Assembly (NCBI GenBank): GCA_964016885.1
Contig: OZ024744.1
Span: forward strand, 5,642,001 to 5,706,000
DNA from: Eledone cirrhosa
Lineage: Eukaryota
Length of the DNA: 64,000 nucleotides
Reading direction: 5' to 3'
Within the stretch, counting starts at the first letter, position 1. Every line of letters starts with the position of its first letter. The notes beneath the pieces were generated by a model. That model did no database searches and was not told the DNA's origin. It saw only the letters and a list, made by a program, of their open reading frames with translations. Shown piece by piece: positions 15,569 through 30,200 of this stretch. The position numbers and the translations under genes were made by a program.

Positions 15569-15575
<7 letters not shown>
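1556..15575 (+). repeat. Tandem array of 43 monomers of about 321 bp carrying type I hammerhead ribozymes (retrozyme-like satellite)
   Basis: GTACGAAACATAG or a close variant recurs 43 times at about 321-329 bp spacing, longer where the internal (AT)n is expanded. Consensus HHR is GGCT-TTGATAA-GTAC-CAATCA-GTAC-GAAA-CATAGCTCTG-TC-AGCT. The first unit is truncated inside the core. Confidence 0.93.
2495..2587 (+). ncRNA. Representative type I hammerhead ribozyme of the array (monomer 4)
   Basis: Distal stem I TTTTCAGCAAACAGG/CCTGTTTGCTGAAAA (15 bp), then GGAG/CTCC, an internal loop and GGCT/AGCT. Core TTGATAA (2524-2530), stem II GTAC/GTAC, GAAA (2545-2548), stem III ACA/TGT. Predicted cut GUC|A after 2560. 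Confidence 0.88.
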
Positions 15576-15642
<67 letters not shown>

Positions 15643-15673
15643 AGTGTAATTTACTACACAAAACGAAGGTTAT

Positions 15674-17075
<1,402 letters not shown>

Positions 17076-17081
17076 TTAATG

Positions 17082-17197
17082 AATGAAAGAATGAAGAGTA
17101 ACGTTAAAACTATCCACGACGCAGAGTACTCACGACCTCAAAGTATAACAATATGAGTCGTGGATAGTCTTAACGTCACTCTTCATTCTTTCATTCT
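17082..17197. repeat. Short imperfect inverted repeat between (AT)n tracts
   Basis: AATGAAAGAATGAAGAGT...CCACGAC pairs with GTCGTGG...ACTCTTCATTCTTTCATT. Confidence 0.7.
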
Positions 17198-17198
17198 T

Positions 17199-17320
<122 letters not shown>

Positions 17321-17351
17321 GAAGCATCTTAGCTACCATCAAACACACACA

Positions 17352-17419
<68 letters not shown>

Positions 17420-17424
<5 letters not shown>

Positions 17425-18496
17425 CATAAATCATGTCCTTAGAATTATTAGATAAATATATACCATTTCCTCTCCCAATTAGCATAATTAACCATATAAA
17501 AAATCAATTAGACCAGGCTATAAGAATAAAGGCTCCTATGAAGAAATTCTCGACAAATAACCGAAAACGGCCTCTTCGCGGTGGCCCCAATAGAGTATTT
17601 ATCCAACATTTCAACAGCATGTAGAAGCTGACTAAATATACCGTCAACCATACACAATTAGGTGTAAATTCAAACTTAGAAGAAATATGTACATACCGTA
17701 ATTATATCTCTACCATGGTTTCGTCCGTATTTTTAGACATCCAATTATCAGGATATATCCAGTGTAACAGACTCATCAGGAGAAAACTCAAGATTAGACA
17801 TTTAATTTTACAAAGTGATCGCGCCAAAAATAGATTCAAAAATGGCTACGAATCGTGACGTGGCAGTGGTCAATTTAGAAAGAATGGGATTAGTTGCTTA
17901 CGGCGGGTAGGCTTGTTGCTAGAAAGCGCAGCCCAATATCGCCCAATTGTATCTCAACCTAACGGGAGAGTATTAAATATAAAGATTTACATATACATAA
18001 AGTCATAGATATATATGTTGCAACCGGTTACGTTGTGGCTCAATGAAGAATTAATAAATTAAATAATTAGCCATTTTTGAATCTATTTTTGGCGCAATTA
18101 CTTTGGAAAATTAAATGTCTAATCTTGAGTTTTCTCCTGATGAGTCTGTTACTCTGGATATATCCGGATAATTGGATGTCTAAAAATACGGACGAAACCA
18201 TGGTAGAGATATAATTACGGTATGTACATATTTCTTCTAAGTTTGAATTTACACCTAATTGTGTATGGTTGATGATATATTTAGTCAGCTTCTACATGCT
18301 GTCGAAATGTTGGATAAATACTCTATTGGGGCCACCGCGAAGAGACCGCTTTCGGTTATTTGTCGAAAATTTCTTCATAGGAGCCTTTATTCTTATAGCC
18401 TGGTCTAATTGATTTTTTATATGGTTAATTATGCTAATTGGGAGAGGAAATGGTATATATTTTATCTAATAATTCTAAGGACATGATTTATGATAT
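17420..18496. mobile_element. Inverted pair of PLE pseudo-LTR-like segments (about 430-bp arms)
   Basis: 17420-17848 vs 18068-18496 are reverse complements; (AT)n on both sides; HHR in each arm. Confidence 0.8.
18133..18209 (+). ncRNA. Canonical-core type I HHR; mirror copy at 17707-17783 (-)
   Basis: TCTC-CTGATGA-GTCTGT...ACGGAC-GAAA-CCATGG-TA-GAGA; palindromic stem III ACCATGGT as in dimer-acting PLE HHRs. Confidence 0.8.
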
Positions 18497-18504
18497 ATAT
18501 ATAT

Positions 18505-18611
<107 letters not shown>

Positions 18612-18925
18612 CCTTCGTGAGCCACTTTTTTTAAAGTAAAAAGAAATTCAAACAAACTGGCGCGAAAGCTGATGTGCTTATTCACGTGACTACATCAACC
18701 AACCAAACTTCACTCATATATGAAAAAACAACCTGAGCCCCCCCCCTTGTTTGAAGAACTTTGTAACGCGAACTGGCGCGAAATTTATTATGCTTATTGA
18801 CCAACCAATCAAATTACTTCTCGAAAAACCTGGCGTTTCGAGCCACTTTTTTTCCATATAAAACAAGAAACATTCAGAGACCAGCCAGATGTGAGAAAAA
18901 CCACAGACCCTACATCTCAACTCTA

Positions 18926-18961
18926 CTTTTGAAAAGCAGAAGAACTGCGAAACCGGTAAAG
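18926..18961 (+). ncRNA. Minimal type I HHR (U3-A8 variant); second copy at 22478-22513
   Basis: CTT-TTGAAAA-GCAG-AAGAA-CTGC-GAAA-CCGG-TA-AAG. The surrounding 140 bp or so is duplicated at about 22445-22580. Confidence 0.65.
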
Positions 18962-20091
18962 GAACCAAATAAATATACATATTTTGTTTTAAATAAGATT
19001 CCAGTTGCATTTTCGATTTCATCTTTTTTCCTTATATATAATTGAAAAAGTGGAGAATAACATGGTCAATAGTACAAAAAAGGGGATTTATTTACAGTCT
19101 AACAATTGTTTCACTGATAAAGATGTCTAAAAATTGCTGAACACTAGAAGCAGTGCCACTCAATTTTAAATACGATGTTAGCTCGATCAGATCGTCAGAA
19201 AGTTTTAATTGAAAATATATGTAACCGGCAAATTTGATAGCTTCGTCCAGCTGATTTTATATTCCATGAATATAAAATCAGCTGGACGAAGCTATCAAAA
19301 GCTATGACCTATCAAATTGGTATGACCCACTGCGGTCTCTGCAATATGAAGCTTTTCCAAATTTTAAATTATAACAAAATTCTTCTTCACAGTAAAATTG
19401 AAAGAACTATTTTTTGTCGACATAAATCGGCAACCAAATTCTATAACTTTAGACCAGCTTAATTCCATCTTATCTATTCCATAACCCAGTTTGTACCACT
19501 TAGATCTATTATAATATCAGCATCGTCATCATTATGATTATGATTATAATTATAATTGTCACCATCTATCAAAGAACAACATTAAACCTCTTATATTTAC
19601 ATTCTTATTTTATATATCTCTATCTTTCACTCTCTATATTCATATTTCTCTCCCTAAATTTATTTCATCTCTGTCATTCTATTTTATCATATAATATAAC
19701 TTAAAGCTGATTAATTAATTTATTTATTAAAATAACCAATACACACATAAATATATTTAACATTATCATATTTTTATCTTCATATCTCTACATATATTCT
19801 AATAATTCTCAAAAACCAATCTCAATAATTTTAATATGTTTAAATATTCTTCGCAAATTTTTACTTCTTTTGCGTATTTATTTTCATTTTTCATTTTCAC
19901 ATTTTATACCACTTTATATCACATTAGATGCAATTTATTTATTTATTTATTTATCAATTTATTTATTTATAATTTTTTTATATATTTTAAATATATTTTT
20001 TATATATTTATTTTTATTTTTATTTACATTTACTCATGTATTAACGTTTATTCATTTATTTTCACCCCTATTTTTCTTTCTATCCTACATT

Positions 20092-20170
20092 ATTCGGGGT
20101 CGATAAAATAAAGTACCAGTAATGCACTGGGTAATTGCTGGCCTTGTGCCTAAAGGAGAAACAATTATTT
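20092..20170 (+). mobile_element. SINE fragment (Nin-domain-like)
   Basis: TTCGGGGTCGATAAAATAAAGTACCAGT matches, from memory, the conserved Nin-type SINE domain. Related fragments at about 23560-23590 and 59040-59100. Confidence 0.5.
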
Positions 20171-20425
20171 TTATTATGCTTGTCTCTCCTCTGTCTCTGA
20201 TCATTTCCTATATATTTTCTTCTCTTTATATATATATTTTGTCTCTTTTTTCTTCTTTTTCCTCTTTCTCTTTTTCCTTCTTTATTCTTTTTCCTTTCCT
20301 TTCTTTCTTTAATGTATTTATCTCCTCTTCTTCCTTCTTTTCTCTCTATATATTTATTATTAATATTATCATTGATGATGTAATTTGAATTTGTAAATTT
20401 GCCGGTTACATATATTTTCAATTAA

Positions 20426-20535
20426 CAGTTTCTGAAGATCTGATCGAGCTAACAACGTTTTTAAAATTGAGTGGCACTGCTTTTAGTGTTCAACAATTTT
20501 TAGACATCTCTATCAGTGAAACAATTGTTAGACTG
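20426..20535 (+). ncRNA. Type I HHR with long stem II; mirror copy at about 19095-19203 (-)
   Basis: CAGTTT-CTGAAGA-T-CTGAT...ATCAG-T-GAAA-CAATTG-TT-AGACTG; palindromic stem III ACAATTGT; U.U at the base of stem II. Confidence 0.65.
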
Positions 20536-20778
20536 TAAATAAATCCCCTTTTTTGTACTGTTGACCACGTTATTCTCCACTTTTTCAATTTTATTACTCC
20601 AAAATAAACTTACATAGGAATACAAGTGAAATCATAAACTCGTCATCTACGTAAACCTCTTGTTGAGTCAAACAACGCCGTACGCTATAACTATCCATAA
20701 TAAAAAGTATTCACAACCTATAACTGGATTACCTATAACGATATTTTGTTATCCTTTATATATCTATATCTATCTATA

Positions 20779-20819
<41 letters not shown>

Positions 20820-20914
20820 AGACATGTAAGCTATCGCCGTATTTTGACTAAAGAAATTGTTTAGCCTGATAGTGGGGTTAAGAACCCTCGGAGAAATGGA
20901 AAAAGATGAGTATT

Positions 20915-20985
20915 AACGTGCATGGGAGTCGAACCCAGATCTTTGGTTATCCGGACCACTGTGCTACCATTTACACCAACACATC
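20915..20985 (-). mobile_element. tRNA-derived SINE head or tRNA pseudogene
   Basis: Minus strand has A-box TGGTGTAAATGG, B-box GGTTCGACTCC and an imperfect cloverleaf with many wobbles and mismatches. Confidence 0.6.
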
Positions 20986-21259
20986 ACTCTCATATATATA
21001 TATATATAGCTGATAGCTTTCCACGAAATAATTTGTAATAAAAGAATTATTAAACAAAAAACTTGGTTTTGAACCCTTTCTATATATTGACAACACGTGG
21101 CCAGCTAGTTGGTTTATCGGTTTATCATAATTCTAACATATATGAAACATAGTCATTTCTCTTTGTAATGTCACGTAAAAAATCACTGATTTACCTTGCC
21201 TCAGCCAGCTGTGAGATGACTATATGAAGTGAAAGTCAAGAAACATACAATACTGCGAT

Positions 21260-21298
<39 letters not shown>

Positions 21299-21324
21299 CA
21301 CGCACACACACACATATATATATA

Positions 21325-22410
21325 TACAAATGAATATATGAGGGATGAACACCGATACAAGTATACATGTGTTCGAATTGCAAATGACCAAGTTAGCTAG
21401 GTTGAAAAATTCTAATTTAACATAATATGGTTTGCCTGTCTCGATTTAAAATAATAAATCAATAAAAATAACAAACCTATATTGGCAATGGCCGTGATAC
21501 CCGGACAAATTCTAAATTTGTTTCGCAACAATTAAGTGAAAGTCACTATTCCTGTGCTTTTCTGCGGGTATCCGGGAAAATTCGTATCAATCACTTCAGA
21601 ATACTTAAAAAGACTGATAAATACGTGTTGTTGAACGCACATGTGTCCCAGCGCCTAACTCGTCCCATACTCGTGCCGCTAAAAATAGCAGCCGGTTTTA
21701 TGGGACTAAAATTAGCTCAACGTATGGAGCCGTGAATATCATATATTGAGTTATAAACTCGAAAAAGTCTTTTACTATTAAATAGCTCATAGAAGGGAAT
21801 ATTTCCTCCGAGCCGTGTAATACAAATGAATATATGAGGGATGAACACTGATACTAATATACATGTGTTCGAATTGTAAAGGACCAAATTCGCTAGGTTG
21901 AAAAATACTAATTCAACATATTCTCGGCTCCATACGTTGAGCTAACTTTAGTCCCATAAAACCGGCTGCTATTTTTAGCGGCGCGAGTATGAGACGAGTT
22001 AGGCACTGGGACACATGTGCGTTCAACAACACATATTTCTCAGTCTTCTTAAGTATTCTGAAGTGAAAGGTACGTATTTTCCTGGATACCCGCAGAAAAG
22101 CACAGGAATAGTAACTTTCACTTAATTGTTGCGAAACAAATTTAGAATTTGTCCGGGTATCACGAACATTGCCAATATAGGTTTGTTATTTTTATCGATT
22201 TATTATTTTAAATAGAGACAGGCAAACCATATTATGTTAAATTAGTATTTTTCAACCTAGCTAACTTGGTCATTTGCAATTCGAACACATGTATACTTGT
22301 ATCGATGTTCATCCCTCTCATATATTCATTAGTATTACACGGTTCGGAAATATTCCCTTCTTTGAGCTATTTAATTGTAAAAGACTATTTCGAGTTTATA
22401 ACTCAATACT

Positions 22411-22413
<3 letters not shown>
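21325..22413. mobile_element. Tandem-plus-inverted repeat element (about 495-bp unit) in (AT)n
   Basis: Unit 21325-21820, partial tandem copy 21821-21921, then inverted permuted copy 21925-22413. PLE-type architecture; no canonical HHR found. Confidence 0.7.
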
Positions 22414-22447
<34 letters not shown>

Positions 22448-22859
22448 AAAAAACACAAATCCTCCTTCTCAACTCTACTTTTGAAAAGCAGTAGAACTGC
22501 GAAACCAGTAAAGGAACCAAATAAATATATATTTAAAAAAAAAAGACTCCAGTTGCATTTTCGATTTCATCTTTTTTCTTTTACTTTCACTCGTGTAGGA
22601 CACCTCGTTTTTTTTTCATTTTGTAGAAAAACCTCACTTTCTATAACAATAACATTAATAAAGATGCTGATATTACTTAAATCGTTTATTCATAATAATT
22701 ATTTCAACGGTTCTCCCATAAAATCCAAGATGTAATTCCTGCATTTGTTGTTATGAGAATGGTATCCTCAGATGAAATTCGATTTTGTGATATGCCGCAG
22801 AAGGAAAAAAAACATGTTTTTTCTGTTCGTGCGCTCGGCAGACATTATGACGAACGAGC

Positions 22860-23050
22860 ACCGGTATTTGCCTGTCATCTGCATTGCGGGAACCAGTACC
22901 GGGGTTTGTGGCCGAAACGACTTATTTGGGGTAGGAAAATATGCCACATGTGGCGTCCCAGATGAGGGATTTACCTCCTTCGAATGGGATGAGGGTAATT
23001 CCGTCGGGACGCTTGCCGTCTCCGCGTTTGAGGTCTTCTGGCTCCAGTTG
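22860..23050 (-). pseudogene. Restriction-like endonuclease fragment of a CRE-type non-LTR retrotransposon
   Basis: [34 protein letters not shown] carries the RPD...WD RLE motif. Confidence 0.7.
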
Positions 23051-24339
23051 TGATGGGAATTGTTCTGTCATTTCAAACAATTCTGTTTCAAATGTTAACA
23101 GCATTATGTTGATTGTATATAAATTTGAGTTAATTTGCGACATTCGACCCCAAGATGGAATATATTACACTTCATTGTGTATTTTTGTTTAAAATTTTAT
23201 GTTCCGACACAATTACTCTCTTCTCTTTTAGATATCTGATTTTGACAAAACGATTGCCAGTAATGTATAAGGTATTCTGTTTCGCGACATTCCGTACTCA
23301 GGCATTATATCGCCGAATTTCGCGACATTCCGTACTCAGCATCTTCAAAAAGATTAACCCCTGTATATGTTTTCGCTTCATTTTTAAGAACATTTTTTCT
23401 TCGATAAAATGTTCTTTAAAAAGAGTTTCATTTTTACTCACATTTTTATTTGAATATTGAATATTGAAATAAATTTAAGTTTCCGGCGGTAAATTGAAAG
23501 GGTAATCGCTAATGACCCGTGTGGTATCTACGTCAACTCTCTCCCCGTAGGCTCACCCTTGGCCGAGTTCATCTTTACTTTTCATCCAAGTTCTAGTTTC
23601 AGTGGTTTAACCTAATTGTTAGGGTTTCAGACGAAATGCTTTGCAATATCTGATCCGGTTCTTTAAATTACACACCTTGATTTAAGATGGAAAGTAATGT
23701 CTTTTACCGTGATTAGTATACCCTACCCATCAAAATGCATTAACTAAATGGTGCCCTTCAGTGAATAAATTTAAGCCCCTCACTTAGAAGAAAGTATTCT
23801 TCTCAAAAAGAATTCGGCAGGGAAAGGCACAAGATTCGGCTCCAATATTATGTATGAAAATATTTCGTGTCCGCGTAGAGACTTGAAAGGGCCTAAAAAA
23901 GTTATTCTAGTTAGCGTTTTTATAACTTTGTGTACTCATAGAGAGGCAGTTGGTATCTTTTGATATATTCATTTCTGTCCCAAAAGGCATTCAATTCCTA
24001 AATTCGTTTGCTGTAAGCTGTAACAGAATTCTAAACTTCATTCTTCCTAAAAGTGTAGTTTTGAGTTAAGCTCATCTTCATGAGGAAATAAATACCGTAT
24101 CGCTTTTGAAAAAGTTATCCAAACGTCTCGGAGTTTATTGAAAACTCCTTCCTCTACTGACCTGGGATTCTTCTAAAGCTCAAAAGCCGCATTTATATTA
24201 CGAAAGAAAAAATGTTTAGATGAAAAGCTACTATAGAGCTGAAAATAGTTTTATTTAACAAAATTCAACCCGATATAAAACAAAGAGAAACATGTATCCT
24301 AACCCAAAGTAATATTTAGTTACCTCCAAACTCTACAAC

Positions 24340-25300
24340 ATCCTCGCTGTAACTGAAATTTCATCATTGGATTCATTACCATTTTCGAAGAGAATGTTGT
24401 CTTCAATAGTGTCCATTGTCTTAATGATGTCATATTTGTAAAATGCCTGTTTTATTTAAATTTAGTCAATTCTTACTTTTCCTCCACAATCTCCTTCCTC
24501 CTCATACACACGTGAGTAAGCACGTTCTTTTATTCCATCAAGTAATAGTGGCCATAACCATAAAACAATTGTTTTCGTGTATCTAGTTGTTCCCTTCCTC
24601 TCAGAGTAGCTGGAATTAAGTCGATAAAACACTGTGGATAATAATCAATCAAGTCTTCAGTTAATTTGGGTTTCCATTTTGTTTTTCGTTTTTCAGCTCT
24701 GAAGACATCCAAGATCAGCAGAGAAAGCTTTTGATTTTAAATAAAGGTCGCGGCCATTGAGGTTACCCTTTCAAAACAAAGTAGTATTTCTTTTTCATCC
24801 GTCAATCATTTATCATGTGTAGACAACACGGGGTTAAATTTCTTTCGGCGTCATTTTTCTTTTAAAGAATTTAACATTGTGGGTAATTCCGTTCCACTTA
24901 CACAACAGGCTAACTCCATTCTATAACACATTTTCTTACGTCCAATAAGCTTTATCAGGCATAGTTTTAGCACCATTTACACATGTAGTTATTGCTTGGA
25001 ACATCAGCAGTTACGCAAATTTTTGCATGTCCACTATTTGAGAAAAAATATAAGGAGCTTCTTTTCTTCTTAGCTCTATAATATTCATGAGAAAAGCACA
25101 AATTTCCCTTTCAAATTTCATCAGCATTATTTGAGCAATTTTCTTTTTAGTTCCCAATAATATATATTTTTAATATAAAACGATAGCCCCATCATGCATG
25201 CCCAGTAAAATATTCCCTAATATTGTCTATTCCATCTTCTTTATAAAGGATATAGAACAGACATTCCACATCTGCTCTGATCAACAAGCCAACCATAACA
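24340..25300 (-). pseudogene. Highly decayed pogo/Tigger-like DDE transposase
   Basis: Minus-strand fragments LSLLILDVFRA, IPATLRGREQLD and AFYKYDIIKTMDTIEDNILFE resemble pogo motifs in the expected order; many stops. Boundaries approximate. Confidence 0.45.
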
Positions 25301-25779
25301 TTTAATTTCAAGATATTGCTATTATTCTTTACTCTAACGGAAATTGAGTTTATCATATTTAATAAGTTTCCTTTTTCTATTTTTGATGGCGCCGATTATG
25401 TTTTTATGTTAACGGAAGCGCAGCACAGCTTCCCGCCTCTCATTTCCATGATTGCTTTGCATAATTAATCAAATTTAATTTGAATTTAGCTGCGTATGAC
25501 AGATTTTATATTTATTTAGACATATTAAAGGTTAAATACAGTTTGATGAATGAAAAACAAAGAAAAATGGTAGGTCTAAATATCAATTATTTCTCGTGGC
25601 ATTTAACTTCGAATCGGTTTATTTATGGATGTTATCATCCATGTCTATCATTATATAAACGGGGACGAGTTGACGAGCAGAGTGGTCATTCTTACCCAGA
25701 AACAGAAGCTATCCCTGAAAAGAAGCTATCATTGAAATTTGGGGCGATGGTGGCGAATGTATACATCCCTTCCGAATGT

Positions 25780-27037
25780 ATACTGCCTTCACATCTTACT
25801 AGATTGGAGCGCCTGCTCTCTTAGTTCTTGTAGAAGGAGCAGTATCTACTGGTGAAGTGGTCCATCTGCTGCCAACAACCTCAACGCGAAAGGCTGGACA
25901 TATAGCGGCTGATGATCGGCAAAAATGGGCTGAAGCTACGGCATTTTTAGATATTCTTAAATGGTGAACAGGTGTGGTCGCCGTTTATCAGACGGGCCTT
26001 TCCAAAGTTCGTCTCTTTAACTGTACTGCAGTCCTAGGTCAAGAAGAGACCGAGATTGGGTAACTGGCACCTGGAATGTTGCCAGGCGCTCACTTACCCC
26101 AGCCTGTCGGGCAATGCAATGCGATCAGTAGAAATTCTACGTAAGCGTACTGTAGGGAACTAGTGGCGGGTAAGTGCGAGGATCTTCTCGAGGGTGAATC
26201 TGGGCATCGGTGAAACCCAACTGACCAGTAAGTTCCGAAGGACTTTTCGAGCCGGGGACTAAGATAACTTCCAGAAATCCCTCACTTGTCAGTGTTACCG
26301 AGGGGCACTGCCGGTTCGAGATAAACTCTACTGGCACGGAAGTACTGTCAGACGCAACTGCCCGAGATGTGCGCAGAGCGACGAAACCGTGCTGCACGCA
26401 CTTGTCCAGTGTCCGTGCATTACTGCCTTATGATTTATGTCGAACAGCTGATGTCGCGTGTAGAACGGATCCGGCTATCGGCCGAGTCCATAGTGAAGAT
26501 CGCCCCACCACCTTCTTTTGGTCAGGAAGGTCAGGGAGTTTTCCTCTGTCTGGTGGCAGTAGCGAAAGAGGTTGTATGGTGGACGAGGTTGAAAGGACTG
26601 AAGACAGACACTTTTCTATTCGGCCAATCCCTCATCAACTTTTTCAAGTTTCACTTGGAAAGGAAGGTGAGGGTGGAGAGAGAAGTGCTGCCCCTCAGTA
26701 CATTTGCTGAAAGGTGAGTGGGCCTACTCTGGTCATGCGGCTGTAGGTGGGTAAATTTGAAGAGGAGAAGGGTGCCCTTCCAGGGTGCTCTCGAAGCGTC
26801 GGGTCGTTCAGGACTGGTGGGGTACCTGAGCGAACCCTAGGTGGTCATCCCCCCTATGGGGAATTTTTTCTTGATGTAATTTTATTGTTACTTTATTGTT
26901 ACTTTGTTATTGTTACTTTGTTATTGTTACTTTGTTATTGTTATTCATATTGTTTACTCGATTTTTCTGTAAAGCCCCACTGACCCAGTCTTTTGTATTG
27001 TCCCCTATATGTCGGCCCTTGTGGCCAATAAATGAAA

Positions 27038-27086
<49 letters not shown>

Positions 27087-27087
27087 G
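25780..27087 (+). mobile_element. 5'-truncated Tx1/L1-like LINE 3' end with (ATT)n tail
   Basis: Homologous to the 3' part of the element at 27150-32650 (shared MSRVERIRLSAESIVKI...VAKEVVWWTRLKGLKTDTFLFGQSL); ends in AATAAA and (ATT)n. Confidence 0.8.
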
Positions 27088-27273
27088 TAGGACATTACAA
27101 AAGACGAACAGTGGGTGTTTACAAAAATCAGTTAACAATAAATGAATGAATACAGAATTCACAAATTGGGAGAGAATGCCTAAGGGTCGTCTAGGTACCT
27201 CACAGATCTGAAACGACCCTAACAGCTAACAGTAACCTAGGAAGTTATCCCTCTCCTCCTCAAATTCACCCAC

Positions 27274-30200
27274 CTACAGGCGCATGATCAGAGTAGACCC
27301 ACTCACACGGGCCATTCTCGCCACATTCACCCACATTTCAGCAAATGTACTAAGGGGCAACACTTCTCTGTCCACCGTCACCTTCCTTTCAGGTGAAATT
27401 TGAAAAGGTTGAGAGATTGGCCGAAGAGAAAAGTGTCTGTCTTCAGTCCTTTCAATCTCGTCCACCATACAACCTCTTTCGCTACTGCCACCAGACAGAG
27501 GAAAATTGCCTGCCCTTCCTGGCCAAAAGAAGGCGGCGGGTCGATCTTCACTATGGACTCGGCCGATAGCCGGATCCGTTCTACACGCGACAACAGCTAT
27601 TCAACATAACTCCATAAGTCAGTAATGCACGGACACTGGACGATGCGTGCAGAACAGTTTCGTCGCTCTGCGCGCATCTCGGGCAGGTCCGTCTGACAGT
27701 ACTTCCGTGCCTGTAGAGTTTATCCCGAACCGGCAGTGCCCTCCCGTAGCACTGCCAAGCGAGGGATTTTTGGAAATTATCCATCGTCTCAGGCTCGAAA
27801 GTCCTCCAGTACAGACTGGTTAGTTCGACTTCGTGGACTCCCAGAGCCTCTCCGAGTGCCTCGTCGCACTTGCCCACCACTAATCCTCTATAGAACTCGA
27901 GAGTGGAAGTTCCACTGACCGCATTGCCCGCCTGGTAGAGAGCAGTGAGTGCCTGGCAACATTCTAGATGCCGGTCACCCAGTCTTGGTCTCTTCTTGAC
28001 CCAGGACTGCAACTCAGTCAAAGAAACGAGCTACGGAAGGCCCGTCTGACAAACGGCGACAACACCTGTTCACCGTTTAGGTAGAATATCTGGAGATGTC
28101 GCAGCCTCAGCGCATGCCCGCGCATCATTAGCCACGGCATGCCCAGCCCTCCACGTAGAGGGTGCTGGCAGCAGATGGACCGCCTCACCAGCGGAACCTG
28201 ACCCTCCACAAGAATTTGAAGCGAAGCCGCTCCAAGATGGTGAGGCGCGAATGGGGGCACCTCCGCCCGACCTTTCAGTGATAGCTTCATCCCAGCCCAT
28301 TTCTGGATGAGACTGACTACCCTGCCCGCCACCTCGTCCCAATTCTTATCCACCTGGAGGTCTGGCCCAAACCAAACCCCTAGCAACTTTACCGGTCCGT
28401 CCGTTCAGCGCCTAACGACGCTGTTGGACGGCATGGACTTGCCTCCCCAGGGGCCGAGTTGCAAGCCCACTGACTTTTCTGGGTTAAGTTTTGCTCCCGT
28501 CAACCTTTCATATTCCTCCAATAAGTTGCCGACCACCTCGATTTCTGAGGTGTCCGACACCATCACGATATGTCGTCCGCATGAGCCGACACAGCCTTTC
28601 CGCGTCCCGGTTCGAGCGGGAAGCCCTGCAACAGCTCCAGCTTCCGCAGTAAAGGCTCGAGAGTCAATACGTACAGAGGGGAGGGGAGAGGGCACCCTTG
28701 ATGGACCGATCGGGAGACCTGAAACGGTTCCGAGAGGTGGCCATTAATTTTGACCATCGAGCAGGTGCTGCTGTGCATTGCAGCGAACCAGCTTCTGAAG
28801 ACGGGGCCGAAGCCAGCCGCCTTGAGGACAGCCTCCAGATACCGATGGTCGACCCTATCGTATGCTTTCGATTGATCTAAATTTATCAGAGCCCCACCGA
28901 AGCCAGGTTTACACCCTACCCTATCTATGATGTATCGCATCAGGTGGAGATTGTCGTGTATGGACCTGGTTGGGATTGTGCAAGTTTGCGCCTCCCCAAC
29001 CAAATCCCCGACGACAAGCGCCAACTTCTTCGCTAACACACTGGCCACAATTTTAAAATCTGTGTTGAGCAGAGTTATGGGCCTGAAATTGTCTAATGTG
29101 TCCCTCTTGTTCTCGTCTTTCCTTATCAGCGTCACTACGCCCCAGCTCACAGAACTGGGAATACTCCCGTTTTGCTACCAGTTGCAGTAGAGGGCTTCGA
29201 GGCGATTAGAGAACAAGTCTGGCATATTTACGTAAAGCTCGTAGGGCAGACCATCCGAACCGGGTGACTTGCGCCTCATGCAGCCTACAAGTAATTGGCC
29301 TTTCGCAGTGCCCGGCATCAGCCGTCGAGAGTTGCGACTAGCCATCGAGGTAGCGACTGAAGTCCGCCACCATCTCTGACCCGCCTTTTCCCCCGAACAA
29401 CCGAGCAAAATGTTGGCGAAAGGCCTCACACATCCTCTTGGAATCACTCAGCTCGTGCCCGTCTCGGTACGTCAAAGACCGAATCGTGGTTTAATTACCA
29501 CGCTGCGCCTCTGCCACGAGGGCCCATTGAACAGCTTTGGTTCCCTCGTTTCTCAGAGCACGCGCCTTAGCTCTGACAATGCAACCTTCGTGTTTCGCAT
29601 TGAAGAAATGGTCTAATGCCATTCTCGCCGCTAGTACGTCAGTTGCAATGCCACTACCAATAGCCTCGTCTAACTTATCTACCGGCTCCCCCTCCTTTCT
29701 ATTTTTCTCTAACGCTACTTCTTTGCTAAACTCTATCGACATTACTTTAATCTCTCTTTTGAGAGTCCCCCACCATCTATTGTTGACGACTCTCCCTGTC
29801 AGCTTTTTCTTAACTAAATTGTTGACCTGGTCCCTGTAAGCCTTACGTGCCGTAAATTACATGTTTAGCTTCCAGTAACCAGGTCCTAACCTACGCGTCT
29901 TATCTAGGTCGACCATACAGATCTGAATAGGCGACCGTTTCAAAACGTGGACAGCTTACACTATTTCTGTCTATTTTCCTAATGAATATCCTGTCTATAT
30001 ACGATCTAGATGACCCTATGCGGTTAGCCCAGGTCCACACTGGCGCATTAGGGAAATCTAGTCGGTACCTGTCAGACAGTTGAACTGGCAGATCAGGTTC
30101 TTGAGGCTTTTGCACCCCCCGCTCCTATCGGATACTCCCACACAGTCCCAGCGTGCGTCTAAGATGCCGTTCCAGTCCCCCGCTAACAGTAAAGGGCGAG

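Larger units (their letters stand above)
19040..20590 (+). mobile_element. 3' fragment of a Penelope-like element with inverted pseudo-LTR
   Basis: About 19330-19460 translates to CGLCNMKLFQILNYNKILLHSKIERTIFCRH, resembling the PLE GIY-YIG C-terminal CxxC...CxH region. 19040-19235 is an inverted copy of 20395-20590. Confidence 0.6.

Noticed and set aside
1556-15575. Tandem 5S rRNA, tRNA or snRNA gene cluster
   Set aside because: No cloverleaf, Pol III A/B boxes or recognisable snRNA/5S sequence; the HHR explains the conserved structure.
20915-20985. Functional tRNA gene
   Set aside because: Mismatched T and anticodon stems and a non-canonical anticodon loop; better explained as a SINE head or pseudogene.
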